Shown here one piece after another: positions 12,886 to 25,694 of a stretch of 64,000 nt of DNA. The notes under the pieces were generated by a model that did no database searches, was not told the origin of the DNA, and worked only from the letters and a program-made list of their open reading frames with translations. How positions within the stretch are numbered: the stretch's first letter is position 1; each line of letters opens with the position of its first letter. Origin of the DNA: Lama guanicoe (lineage: Eukaryota); contig MU053652.1 of NCBI GenBank assembly GCA_013239625.1, positions 6,129,902 through 6,193,901 on the forward strand, written 5' to 3'. The translations under genes and the position numbers were made by a program.

Positions 12886-14049
12886 TTTTATTATTACTTG
12901 GTTATATTGTGGTTTCTACACTGCATTTATCTTTATAATGTGCTCAATGTGTAATTGATTTCACAACTTAATGTGGGCTTTTATTCACTTCCCCCCTCCA
13001 TGTTCAATTTAAATTATTTATGATCATACCAGCCATTCTCTGGACAAATACATACTTTCTGAATCTCACAAAGTGATGTACTTTGTCTCCTCAAGGGTCT
13101 ATTTTTCTGGTATCATAAGCAACATTCCAGAAATCAAAATCTCATAGTATCATGTTACTTATGCTACCAGCCATCTCTTCCAGGAGTCACATATCTATTC
13201 CAATATTTTAACTATAAGTCAAAAAAAATTAAAAATAGCTTTTAGGGTCAAATATTCACTTTCCTGCCCCTGCCTTCAGAGTTCCAGGATGCTTCCCAAA
13301 TTGATTCTGAAATCATTCTTTGTCTTCTTCCTACCTACACATACCCCATTCTCGGGATAGTTAGGAATCAGCAACAGTTACTGGGTTTGTTCAGTCCCCA
13401 CATCCAGGTTTGTGTTCCTGAGAGACAACCATCCACAGATCAAGTTGGCCAGGTCTGTGTAAAACCATTTCCACTGATGCTCTCCATTCACTATGACATT
13501 AGTACTTGCAAACTCAATTACTGTCTGATATTTATTTACGAATTGTCCTGATTTGCTCAATAGGACAGAATGTCATATAGTTCATGTCATTCTAGGGTTG
13601 CAAAATTTCTTTACACTCTCCCGTATGCATGCTATCCATTCCTCAAAACACATGCTAGACCATTTATCTGTGAGGCAACTCATTTAGCTTAACTAACCTA
13701 CATTTCAACCCTTCACTGATGCAATGCAACAAACCTCATTCACTTACAATACCAAAAAGATACATAATACACAAAGGTCTGATGAAACATGCAATTGAGG
13801 CCAAAAGCTGAAGCTGGAAGTGTAATTGTCTCCTTCAGTCATAGTCAGTAACTATTCTAAGATGAGGGTTTGTTAATCATTCTCCTCTGTTGCCATCCGG
13901 TACCTGTCCTGCCAGTACAGATGCTTTTCAGTATCACCATGAGTGAGACAATGGCAGTGAAGGGGATTTCATACTGAGGAGTGGGGATGGGGAGACGGAC
14001 CATCCAGAGCCCAGAAAGGATGCCCTGACTGACAGAAGTGGGGTTATTA

Positions 14050-14400
14050 TTGAACAAATTGAAACCGTGGAAAACTTGAGGGAGGGTCACAGGATAGTAG
14101 GATCGAAGAAGAGGAGGATGTTGTGTAAGGCAGTGTTTCTTGCAAAGAGGGGCCATGTACCTCTTTCTGTTAATAGTAATGGATGCTTCATTCAGGCTCA
14201 ACTATCATCCTGGACTCTGGCCAGAGGAAAGTCAGTATTTTAATACTGCCAGGAGTGGAGGGCAAATACAAACAAATTACATTTCAGAAAAGAGAAGAAT
14301 CCAGGAGTCTAGGCAGGAAAAATATCGATCAAGGAGTTACTGAGTCCCTGCTGTTTGAATTTTGGCGACATAGAAAAGTTCCCAAAGAAAATTACAATTT
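14050..14400 (+). mobile_element. CR1/L3 ORF1 (SGNH esterase) remnant
   Basis: Plus-strand frames read SKKRRMLCKAVFLAKRG..., RKVSILILPGV and RSLGRKNIDQGV, resembling CR1 ORF1 KKRRVIVVGDSLLRG..REVCCLPGA..FRALGRLVKGSGAQV. Confidence 0.45.
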
Positions 14401-14454
14401 ATCAAAGGTTATGGTTATAGTTATATGAATAATCTTTGATTGCAGATGAGGAAA

Positions 14455-14720
14455 CATTATACATTTATTGCCTATATTAACTGAGTGTTTACTAAGTGTC
14501 AGGCACTGATTTAACAGGATATTCTAAATGTATCAACCAGATTAATCCTCATATCAATGCTGTAAGTTATGTGCTATTCTTATTCCATTTTATAGATGAG
14601 ATGGATGAAGAAATTGATGAGTAGAGAGGGGAGGTGACTTGCCTGAAATCACAAAGCTAGGCAACAAGCAGAACCTGAGTTTGAAGCCAGGCTTCAGAAT
14701 CAGTTTCTTAACTACAGTGC
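14455..14720 (-). mobile_element. MIR SINE
   Basis: TGAGTGTTTACTAAGTGTCAGGCACTG...TCCATTTTATAGATGAG...GGTGACTTGCCTGAAATCACA is the antisense MIR core. Confidence 0.75.
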
Positions 14721-15531
14721 ACACAGACACATGGATATTTCCGTGGGGAAAGTAGAAGAAGGACTTACTTGACTGTGGGTGATTTGGAAGATGTCGTTGA
14801 GAACCTTTTCAAGTTGGATTAGCTTCCTCTCCCTGAACTTCCGTGGTATCTTTGTATGTTGTGCCCATGTGATATACTGCATTACATTTTACATATCAGT
14901 TTGCATCTGTCTTCATCACTAGATTGTTACCTCCTTCAATGGAGGAATTGCCTCTCATGTATTCATCCTTCTTTCCTAGCAGAGGCCACACAAACAGACA
15001 TTCAAGACATGGTTCTTGAATAAACGAATTCTCGAGGCTTTAAATGATGACTGTGGATTTTAGAGGTGAGAAGGGGCTTGCTAAGGAAGAAGAACCCCTT
15101 CTGGGAGGTTCCAGTCAGAATAGACAGAAGATCTGAAATCCACACTGCCAAGGCAAGATTTTTGCAAGAAATATGTTTGAACGAAGCGTCATAAAATAGA
15201 GGGGTGGGGGAGACGCATAGGAAGAACAGCTGAGACTAAGGCTCTGTTTACTCAGTACTTCCTAAGTTGACTCTACTTACCTCCCACTACAGGCAAATGC
15301 AGAGCTGAGCAGTTGCCCCTTTCTTGCTCCATTGATTTTGGGGAATACTGCTCTTGTCCCAGACTCTGAGGAGTTGCCAAGCCACCACTAGCCTGGACTG
15401 CCTTCGTTAAATAGGAACCATCTTCAGATGGGAGAGATGTGAGGGAAACCCATCCATATATATATATTCAATAAGGAATCTCATGGAAAGAGCTACAGTC
15501 TGAATGTCCATTCAAGAAGATACAGAAGGTT

Positions 15532-15687
15532 GAGGGCAGGGTATAGCTCAGTGGTAGAGTGTGCACTTATCATGCATTAGGTCCTGGGTTCAATCCCCAG
15601 TACCTCTATTAAAATAAATAAATAAAGCTAGTTACCTCCCCCTCGAAATAAATAAATACATAGAAATTTTAAAACATTAAAAAAAAT
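15532..15687 (+). mobile_element. Camelid tRNA-derived SINE (Vic-1-like)
   Basis: A-box TAGCTCAGTGG, B-box GGTTCAATCC, then (AAAT)n, a TACCTCCCCC tail and an A-rich end. Degenerate TSD AGAAGATACAGAAGGT / AGGAGATTCATAAGGT. Confidence 0.85.
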
Positions 15688-15784
15688 AGGAGATTCATAA
15701 GGTGTTGAATCAGGATCACTCTAGTCAATGTTCATGTTAATTGGTGATAAGATTAATTAGTAAACCTACACAATTAGACACTAG

Positions 15785-15907
15785 AGGAGGTGGGGTGGGT
15801 ATAGGGCAGTGGTAGAGTGCACACTTAGCATCCAGGAGGTCCTGGGTTCAATCTCCAGTACCTCTGTTGAAAATAAATAAATAAACCTAACCACCACCAC
15901 CACCTGC

Positions 15908-15954
<47 letters not shown>

Positions 15955-16041
15955 TTAAAAAAAAAAAAAACCTAACCACCACCCCCAACTGCCAAAAAAA
16001 AAAAAAAGAAACAAACAAAAACAAAAAAAAATTTTTTAAAA
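15785..16041 (+). mobile_element. Camelid tRNA-derived SINE (Vic-1-like) with duplicated tail and A42 tract
   Basis: Same body as the neighbouring SINE; TSD AGACACTAG at 15776-15784 and 16042-16050. Confidence 0.85.
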
Positions 16042-17069
16042 AGACACTAGGAAAAATTTAGGTGACGAGAGAAGGAAAGCAGAATGGTTATAGTTTTTGT
16101 GTCTATAAATCTGCTTATACAACAAATCAGTTTTCTCCTCGTAAGAGTTTGGTTACATCCATCAATCTGAAACCTAATTGGTGACAAGAGTTGTTTCTCC
16201 TTTTCATTATTACACTTTGAAAATTTGAAACTGAAAAAGGACTCCAGCTGCACAACTGAAGACCTTCATTTTCCCTTCTTCCTCTGAAAGACCTCTATAA
16301 TTTGGCTCCACTACCAGTTATCATGACTTGCTAGCTTGTGGATTTGATATTTTGCACTATAGTTAGTAACAGAAGCTGAGTTATTTGGAATTAGTGGGCA
16401 ATAAGTTCTTTTCCAGCAGAGTTTTGTAAATTTGCAGGCACAAAATCATGTCTCCTTTGTGAACACTGGTAAATATTTTATTGGAAAAAATGAACCAGGG
16501 ACAATCAATTGATATCTTAAATTATTTCATTACATATATACGTGATTTGAGCAGGATAATTGGAAAATAATTGGTGAAATGCTTGATGAAAAACATACTG
16601 TTTGTCTATTGAGACATAAAAAATTAAAAGCTATTAGCTGCAAAACCATCAGAACACTGATGCTATTCATACATATCATCATTATAAATGTAGCAAAAAG
16701 GAAAAATAAATAAATCAGTGGGAAACAGTCCGTGTTCCCAAGGAAGGACAGTTTTGATGTACCCAAACTGAATGTGAAAATAGAAAAATTATAGTGAATG
16801 CTAAAATGTTTCGCTTTAAATTTAATAAGCTTGTATCTTGTTAGATTGCAATATGCAAAGCTTGATCAGTAATTAATTATGAAACATTTGGTAACTACAG
16901 ATATCTATAGGATTCCTTGAAAATGGAGTTTCCATTAATCACATCTACATTTCCAAAATGGTACTTCTGTAAAAAGGTTTTGGCTCTCTTTTTTGAAAAT
17001 GTCTTACTCAGATATTGTCAAACTTGACCTTATGAGCAAAGTAAATGGGAAACAAAAAAGGAAATGTTA

Positions 17070-17455
17070 GTGAAGACAGACTAAAGTATGTCGTGGTAAC
17101 AGTCCTGAAATCCCAATGGCTTATCAGAACAGAGGTTTATTTTTCTTTCATGCAAAGCCTACTGTGACTTAGGTGACCCTGGTGACCCTCTAGAGCCACT
17201 GTCCTCCATGTGGTCACTCTGCAGTGAAAAATACTTCCATCTGGTGGCTCCTCTATCTCAGTATATAGCCTTCATAATCACTGACAGAGGGAGACAGCTG
17301 AGGGTCAAGCACTGGTTCTTAAATGCTTCAGCCCGGAAGTGATACATCTCACTGCTCACCTGTCGTCCATCTAGCCTAGTCACATTCTCCCCTTACCTGC
17401 ATGGGGCCTGGGGAAGGCAGAAGAGCACCAAGCTATTTGATGGGTAGTAACTGTG
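17070..17455 (-). mobile_element. Old MaLR LTR (MLT1J/K-like)
   Basis: ...GGTAACAGTCCTGAAATCCCAATGGCTTA...AGAGGTTTATTTTTC...CCCGGAAGTGATACATCTCACTGCTCAC...CTAGTCACAT is typical of antisense MLT1. Confidence 0.65.
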
Positions 17456-20329
17456 TTTTGCCGTGGTGGTTAACTATACAACAACTCCTTAATGTATAGG
17501 TTGACACCATCTATCTAAAGTACATATCAAGTTAAAAGGATTTAAACTAGTTTGTAAATATGCCAGGATTGGAATATTTATTGATAAAGTGCCATCGTGT
17601 TTTGTTGCTAAAAACAAGTCTTCTATGAAAAAAATATATATCATGATTTGGTAACTGTATCCTCTCCAGATTCCTAGCTTTCTAGTAGCATGGCCACGTC
17701 AATATTTGACATTCCCAAAGCCAAAGTAATTCGGTCAGTATCTGTCAGCCACATATCTGGTAAGCTGGTCAGAGCCACAACTCATGTTCATCTCATATTC
17801 ATGTGCTCTGAGCCCATCCTCCATCTCTTCCCTCTCCTTGCTCTATGCCTGCCTTTTTGTCCTGTGGGCCTTCTCTCAGATGCAGATAGGCTTCCTCTTC
17901 CTGACAGGAGAAGATGAAGGCTAATGATCTCAGATCACATCCACTCGCCTTAACCACTCCAGCAGAAAAACAAAGTCTTTCTCTGAGAACAATATATCAG
18001 TTCCTGGGAATCACTGTTCTTGAATCTCATTCCTTTAGTTTTAACCAGTCCCACTTGTCAGAAGAATGAAGTCCTAACGAAGGACTTGGGACCCATGGCC
18101 ATCCCTGTAGTTGCTGGCCAAGAAAGGTCTTTTGCTCGACAGCATCTCTGAAACCACCCGGCATGTGGAGCTGGGAACTGTTCCCAAAGACCAGATAGGA
18201 CCTGTATCCTCCACATCACGTTTGATAGTTATATCTGTCCTTCTAACTCCGTGTTTATACTAGACCCCTAAGCTATAAATTATTGACATTCAGTCAATAG
18301 CATTTTTATGTCTCTAATTTTGAAAATGTGTTAAGTAAGCATTAAATTGTAGCTAAGAGCATTCTCAAATTATTTAGTAAGAAAAACTCACATGGAATAA
18401 GAATCTGAAGCTCTGTTGTGGACCCTTACACTATATGTTATAGATATTATAATTATATATAATATGTATCATATAACATACATAAAACATGTAATAATTT
18501 TAGAACACTAAGAATCTGCATTTTACTAAGCTTTCTTAAGTACAAACATTCATCTCTTTTTAAAATGAGATTTTTAGTGTTTTTGATAGTAGACACTGTA
18601 TTTTTTAATATACAAAGAATATCTGCAGTGCATCTCTAACACTTTAAGTGGATAATTTTGGAAACTTCCATCTCCCCTCTCCTGTGAACAGATCCTGCAG
18701 GAAGGCTCTAAACCCCATGTGGTTTGGTCGCATTCTATTTGCCTACCTGACAGATGGGCTGCCATCCTGTTTTTACTTAGCTCCTCACTACAGAACTATA
18801 CTGTGCCTTTCACTGCTATCGCATTAAAGGGGCAGTCAGCTGTTTTCCATTTTCTCCCATTCCTCAGTGATTGCCAAATTATAAATCTGTTTTATTTTTT
18901 TCACTCATGGAATGAATATTCCCAACCCCTGCTGCCCAAATATTTGAAGACAGAGTCACTTACTCATAATGGCAGGTTCTTCACCATTAAGACAAAGGGT
19001 TTATATTCCTACAGGTCATATGGTTACTATAATCAATCTGGCCTTGCTGCTGGCCTTGCTCTAAAAAAGTAAACCAGGTCTAGTCATCAAACCCTGAAGA
19101 CACTTTACGAGCCTCTGTTATCTGCCAGGCACCGGTCACTCCTGCTGCAAGTGGCCTGCCGCTGCACCCGAGTCCTCCAGGCTGACCGAAGTCCAGACTG
19201 CTGATGGCTGGTCTGCCCAGAGCTGCTTCCAGCTCTTTCCGGGCCCCACTGGCACTGCATTCTCCCTTCTTGTAGCAGCCTTGATTGTCATACTCTCTGA
19301 CACCCGCCAGCCGTACCTGCTCTCTGGCTCCGTATTTGGATCTCCTGAGGCGTTTCCTGGGTCTCTAGAACTTGTCCAACCTGATCTGGCTGGTCCAGAG
19401 TCACCCACGCCCCGTGATGGCAAGTGCTTGCTCTCTTACATAATCTGTCCTTTACGCTGCTGTTTCTAATCGATATTATATCCCGGCCACTGCTGCTGAT
19501 CTGTCTACTACCTTCCCTTCTTTCTTTTACTTGCTCTTCCTATTTTTTTTTCCTCTCTTTTCACCCATTGCCACTTTCCCCAGGCTTCTTAGGCTTCATA
19601 TTGTTAAAATCTCAGTGCCCCAAGGGTTCTCTGGGGGACCTCAGTTCTTCTCAGCTGTGTTCATAGGGGTAGTCCAGTATGGGACGAGTACTTCTGTCAC
19701 CCTGAACTACTATTTCTTTATCTGGAAATGCTATAGCTCTGGGAGGCTAATTTCTGAATAGTCAGCGTTTCACTGCACCTCCATGATGAAGCCATGCTCT
19801 CTCAACTCTTCTATGAGTTTTAACACATCATTTTCCAGCTCTGTACTCACTTTTTAAATAATTTGCCAAATAGGAATACTAACATTTACTTTCCTAACTA
19901 TTCTGCAATTTAAAATAAATAATCAATGCAGAACTTTTGGCGGTCCATTCATAAATTATGTAATGTGAGTACAAAGCCTTACCATTACTCAGATCAATAT
20001 CTTATTACCAGCTGGGTGTAAATAAAATAGAAAGGATTCAGAAGGGAATTATAAGAATAAGGTCCAGCACTAAAGATGATTTATTTTTAAAAGGTCAAAA
20101 AAATTAAATATGGTTTAAGAAACAAAGCTAAGGATAGCATAATAGATGCCAAATAACTTAATGGCCTACAAAATAAGCAAACATTCACACAATGGTACTT
20201 CAATGTAATGCAATTAAAATTAAGTCTAATTCCCTTCGGGTTTATATAGTACCTCGTAATTTATATTATAATGCATTAAAAGCTATGTAAGAAAGACCTT
20301 GGATAACTAGCAAAAACTGAGCCTCTGGT

Positions 20330-20565
20330 ATTTAATAATTGCTGGAGCCTATTCGCACTTATTCCTATGTGATAAACACTATTCTGGGCGTATTTTGTAC
20401 GGTCACTTACTGATGCCTCCCATTCTCCGTAGGGAGTAATTACTATTATACCATCCTGTGCTGAAGACTCTGAGTGCAGCTGATCCAGGTCACGCAGTCC
20501 CAGGTGGCAAAGAACGGGGTCAGACCCCGGATGTGGGTCTCCAGGACGCACATCCGGCCAGACTG
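20330..20565 (-). mobile_element. MIR SINE
   Basis: ATTCCTATGTGATAAACACTATTCTGGGC...TCCAGGTCACGCAG...GGTGGCAAAGAACGGG is antisense MIR. Confidence 0.6.
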
Positions 20566-20609
20566 CCTCTAGGTTACATAAAATACCACACTTACATGGC
20601 TCTTTTCCA

Positions 20610-21600
20610 ACCTCGGTGAATATTCCTTCTCCGTGACTTCTGCTGGCTCTGCTCTCTTTCTCTCTGTCTTAAATTTTGCTGTTCTTACTCTGATTTCCCT
20701 ACTTTTCTAACTCAATATTCTTTCTTTGGGCAAACTCCTTTATCCTCCTTCCTGATGTCATTTCCCAAATGTACTGTTTTGACCTCTGACCTTTCCTCTA
20801 AGCACCAGACCTGCATCTTCAGTGGCCACTGAGCATATCGACTCATAGGTCCAGGAGGTATTTCAAGAGAACAAATCAAAAATGGAAATCATTGCTTTTC
20901 CTTCAATTTCTCATCTCTGCTCATGCCCCACTCCCTGACCCCAGGGACCCTTGACTCTTCCGTTTCCTTCATTCCCCACACAGAGTCTGTCACCAAAATC
21001 TCTGAGTCCCAAAATTTTCCAGAAACCTCTTAAATCTGGTCTTATTTCTTCCATATTTCTACTTCCAGTAGGTTTAAGGCTTCCTTATCTCTCACCTAAA
21101 CTAACCAAAGTCTACCAATCTCCTAACCACTAATCCCCTTTGCCCTATAAGTGTATCTTCCAATACATCCAATATTACTTTCCTAAAACTAAAGCAAAAG
21201 AAGAAGGGAAAAAAGAAAGCCCTCTGGATTAAAAATCTTCATAGATTTCCCTAGGTCCAAACTTCCTAGTACATTTCTCTCAAGCCCACATCTCTCCTTA
21301 TGCTCCACGTATTCTAAATTTTTTTACTGCTCCTGAAAATGCTTTCTCTGAAAGACATGTTCTCTATTCCTTTTGCCTTGAAAGAACCAAACCTACTGCC
21401 CCATAAATTCCTTCTTTCTTTCCTTCTCCTTACCCCTATCAAACTGAATCTGTACCGTCCTTTGCTGTGTACGTTTACCAATGACTGGCGCTACCTACGC
21501 TCAGTGCAAGGACCATGTAAGATTCATCCTGATATCCTTCCTATTTGACCTGATCCTTGGCAAAAAAAGAAGCATTTTAAAAGTTTTTTCCTGAATAGAA
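20610..21600 (+). mobile_element. L2 LINE fragments
   Basis: Pyrimidine-rich sequence with L2 motifs, e.g. CTCTGACCTTTCCTCTAAGCACCAGACCTGCATCTTCAGTGGCCACTGAGCATATC. Confidence 0.6.
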
Positions 21601-22573
21601 GAATGGAGCTATTTCATGATTTCCCAAATATGGACCTAAACACGGGGCTATAAGATGTCAACAAAGTTGTTTAACTTACAGTAGGGAGGGAAGAGCAGTC
21701 ATATCAGTTATAACTTTCATTTAAAACAGTCAAACTACTGGCCTCGTATTGACATCACTAAATATTTTATGCTCTGTCTTGGACATTAACATAAGCTTGT
21801 TCTTCTTTGTTCTTTCCTTGTAAAGAATCATCTACGGCTGAGAGTTCTTATGAAATATGAAGCCTCTGGTGCTGGAAATGAGCTATATCTGGCTCTGGGT
21901 GTCACATATATAAAATTAATCGAGCTGTAAATCCAAGATTAATGTTCTCTATGCATGTTTCCGTATCTATCTCGTACACCAATAACAAAAGTAACAAAAA
22001 TAAAGAAATAAAGTTGAAGACCCAGTGAGTTTCCAGACGTAAAGAGGCCAGTTATTAAAGATAGCAGCTCTTGTCCTGTGTTCGGTTCCATTTAAAACAA
22101 CAAGAACAAAAAATTTGCCCCGTGAAATTGCAACGTACAATAATGCTTACCTACATGTGTTTGGGCAGCAAATCATAGTTCTCTGTCTCTTTTCCCTCTT
22201 TTAGAAGTAGTTTCATGGAGTGAGAATCACATGTGTCACCCTATTACAAAAAAAGCCAACTGAAAGAAAAAACTTAAAAAATAAAAATAAAAATAACAAC
22301 AGTAACAAAATATTGGCTAGATATTGGATAGATCAAAGTTGTTAATTTTGAGCCTTGTTTAATTATCTTTCAGGGTTTTTAAAATATATGTATTTAATAT
22401 ATATGTTTTATATATATTAATTTTATATAATTATATATGTATTTAATATATATAGGAAGTAATTTAATAATATATATATATATATATGTATTGGTTAAAA
22501 AGGTGAATGGGCAATGAAAAGTTAAAGGGGCGCTGAAGTTCTAATGGTAATAAGCTCAAGAATCAGCTACTAC

Positions 22574-23296
22574 TGGTGCAGCCACAGTGAAAAACACTAT
22601 GGAGATTCCTCAAAAGACTAGGAACAGACTTACCATATGACCCAGGAATCCCGCTCCTGGGCATATATCCAGAAGGAACCCTACTTCGAAAAGGCACCTG
22701 CACCCCAATGTTCATAGCAGCACTATTTACAATAGCCAAGACATGGAAACAGCCTAAATGTCCATTAACAGATGCCTAGATAAAGAAGATGTGGTATATT
22801 TATGCAATGGAATACTATTCAGCCATTAAAAACTGACACTGTAACACCATTTGCAGCAACATGGATGTTCCTGGAGAATCATTCTAAGTGAAGTAAGCCA
22901 GAAAGAGAAAGAAAAATACCATATGAGATCGCTCATATGTGGAATCTAAAAAAACAAAAAAAACCCCAAAAAAACCATAAATACAAAACAGAAACAGACT
23001 CATAGACATAGAATACAAACTGGTGGTTGCCAAGGGGGTGGGGGGTGGGAAAGGACAGACTGGGATTTCAAAATGTAGAATAGACAAACAAGATTGTACT
23101 GTATAGCACAGGGAAATATGTACAAGATCTTGTGGTAGCTCACAGTGAAAAAAAAATGTGTGACAATGAATATATATATGTTCATGTATAACTGAAAAAT
23201 TGTGCTCTACAGTGGAATTTGACACAACATTGTAAAATGACTATAACTCAATAAAAAAATTTAAAAAAAAACACAGAGAGGGATGTATTAAAAAAA
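22574..23296 (+). mobile_element. 5'-truncated camelid L1 (ORF2 end, 3' UTR, poly-A, short extra 3' segment)
   Basis: CCATATGACCCAGGAATCCCGCTCCTGGGCATATATCC...AATGTTCATAGCAGCACTATTTACAATAGCCAAGACATGGAAAC; 16-bp TSD AAGAATCAGCTACTAC (22558-22573) / AGGAATCAGTTACTAC (23297-23312). Confidence 0.92.
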
Positions 23297-23312
23297 AGGA
23301 ATCAGTTACTAC

Positions 23313-23875
23313 TCTTTAGGCCTGGAGAAATAAAGAGAAAAACTAGGTTCTCAGAACCTAGAAGCTGGGAGGAGGGGCCCTGTAGGTTTAGGATTCACAC
23401 TTTGGGTGTTGGGGGTGCGGGGAGAGTTTGCTGTGTGACAGAGCTGGCACCTCAGGACTCAGAGGAGGGGTCCTTCCGAGTGGGCACTCAGACCTCTGAG
23501 GTGGAAGCCCTGTCCAGCTCAGACACAGAGAAGAGCTTCCTGGACCTGCCACTCATTCCTTCGAAGAAGAATGCTGCCTGGCTTCATGAATTCTCATGGG
23601 GAGTACAGGAGGCTTCTCTAAAAGAGATGGCAGGAAATGGAGACCAGAACCATTATTGCGGAAGGGTCATTGCTGGGCACCCTCAGGAAGGAGGGAGTCC
23701 CTTCTCCTCCTGCCTTGTCTTCCAGTCTCCCTCCCAGACCCTCTATTGGCACAAGAAGCAGAAATTCCACCCACAAGAGGCAATGTAGTTTACAAGGACC
23801 CCATCGGAGCATCACAACCAGAGTGTACACAAGGTGGATTCAGAGCTCGGGGACAAACAACAACTTCACAACCTG
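23313..23875. mobile_element. Ancient LTR-like element interrupted by the L1 (family uncertain)
   Basis: GC-richer sequence continuous across the L1 TSD; its end (GGATTCAGAGCTCGGGGACAAAC...) resembles old eutherian LTRs. Confidence 0.35.
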
Positions 23876-25694
23876 AAAAGAGAGCAGATCTGAATTCTGA
23901 ACAAATCTCTCATAAATTCTCCTGAAGTGGAGATGTCTACATTTGTTTTCCTGGAGACTTGGGGGAAAAAAAAAGATACACATCTAGTCACAAAATAAGT
24001 TTACATTTATATTCATGTCACAATATCCTATTTTACGCCAAGAGTGAATGTAAAAGACATTCACTATAGGTCAATAACTTTGATTTCTTCTAATTAGCAA
24101 GTTACTTTCATCACTTAATACAAAATAAATACAGAATTTATGATCCATAATCAAATTTCATGTAATAAAAGGCCTAATTTGACACCAAAGCTACATTATC
24201 TCCATTAGACTTACCTTTTACAGGGACTTATTGCCGAAGTGTAGCTTGTATGCATTGGTATAAAACAGGGCAGAAGTAAGGAGGGAAAAGTCAAGAAGTA
24301 AATTATACTATAAAATATTTAATATTAATTGCAGGCAAAAATAGTAGAGCCAGCCAGCAGTGCCATTTCCCCCCCACTTTTCTGGAGACACAGTGTCTTC
24401 GGTGTGGGTGAGTGTTTCTGCAGTAGAGTTTTCAGTTGCCCCTGGGGGTGGGTCAGAAGGGGCTTCCCAAGATGGGGTCTGGTACCGTGGGGCCTGAGAA
24501 ACAGGCACTGCTTTCTCTTGAGGCCCCCACTGATGCTCAGAGGTCAAAATGCTAATCACTCTGCTTTTGTGGTCTTGACTAGGAGGTGGGCTTCTATTTG
24601 GCCCTGGACACCACCTTCCTTTTATTTCCTCCAACACAGCTCAGCGTGCATGGACAGTCAAGGTTTTGTCATCATCATTGTTGTTTAATGTAAGAGAAAA
24701 TATTCTAGGTAAAAATATAGCATCAAAACAATTAAGTTTCTTAAAGTAGCTGCAGCTTCAATACGCAAAGCCATCCCTCCCAGTACGCAGCACTCTTGTG
24801 TCCTGTGGTAAATTCTGAGAATGTTTTTGGCCTCAGAGCTCGCCTCTCTCGCTGTATCTTCTAACTCTTGGGGGTCTCCGCCTAACTTCTTTAAATTTCC
24901 AGAATCTGTCTCCGGCTTTCTCTAGGACACATGTCAGGATCAAGGATGCCTTTCAAGGATGCTTTTGTCTTATCCTTGATTTCTTGGTCCACATCTAGAA
25001 ATCTATTGCTTTGCACTCTCGTCATTCCCTTGAACTTTGTGGTCCACTCAAGAAGCAGGAAGCTCCCACCTAAACTGCCCTGACAAATGCCCTCTTGCTG
25101 CTTCTCCTTCGAGGCTGATCTGATTGCCCAGTCCTGCCTCCCATCTAAGCTGGGACACCCTGAGCATCGTAGGTGACAGCCGCGTATCGTTTAAGACCCA
25201 CATTTCTACATCAGTACATGCAGCTTTAACCCCATATTCTGGTATAAACTCTAAAGTTTAACATATACCAGTTACAGAAATACTGCAATTCCTTCAGAAG
25301 GGATAGAACACATTCCACCCAGAAGAATTTTAAGATGTTAAATTAGTTTCTGAGTTGTTGCAAGGACTGAAGTGGGGCAGGGACATCAGCAGGCCAAGGA
25401 GACTGCCCGGGTGGGGCAGTTAGAACTGGGCCTGCCTAGTGCTTCATCTCTCTTTGTAAATGAGTAAATTCAGGCTGATGAATCTTAAAAGTGCCAAATT
25501 AGGTTACAGTGTGCTAATGAGAAGGGCCTGGATTCGGGAGACAGACATACCCAGCTTTGAAGGATGGCCCCTCCATCCACTGTTTTATACTTATTTATAC
25601 TTATTTATACTTGCTACACCCAAGTTCCCTCATCTTTAAAGGGTTTTATATGAGTCTTATGAAAATGAATGACATAGCAAATGTAAAGTTCAAG

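Noticed and set aside
13378..13560. WKWFYTD peptide resembling the RNase H (W)FTDGS motif
   Set aside because: It is a single short motif lacking GS, with no other pol motifs nearby.
15532..15610. tRNA-like sequence with A and B boxes
   Set aside because: It is the head of a tRNA-derived SINE (A-rich tail, TSD, second copy nearby), not a tRNA gene.
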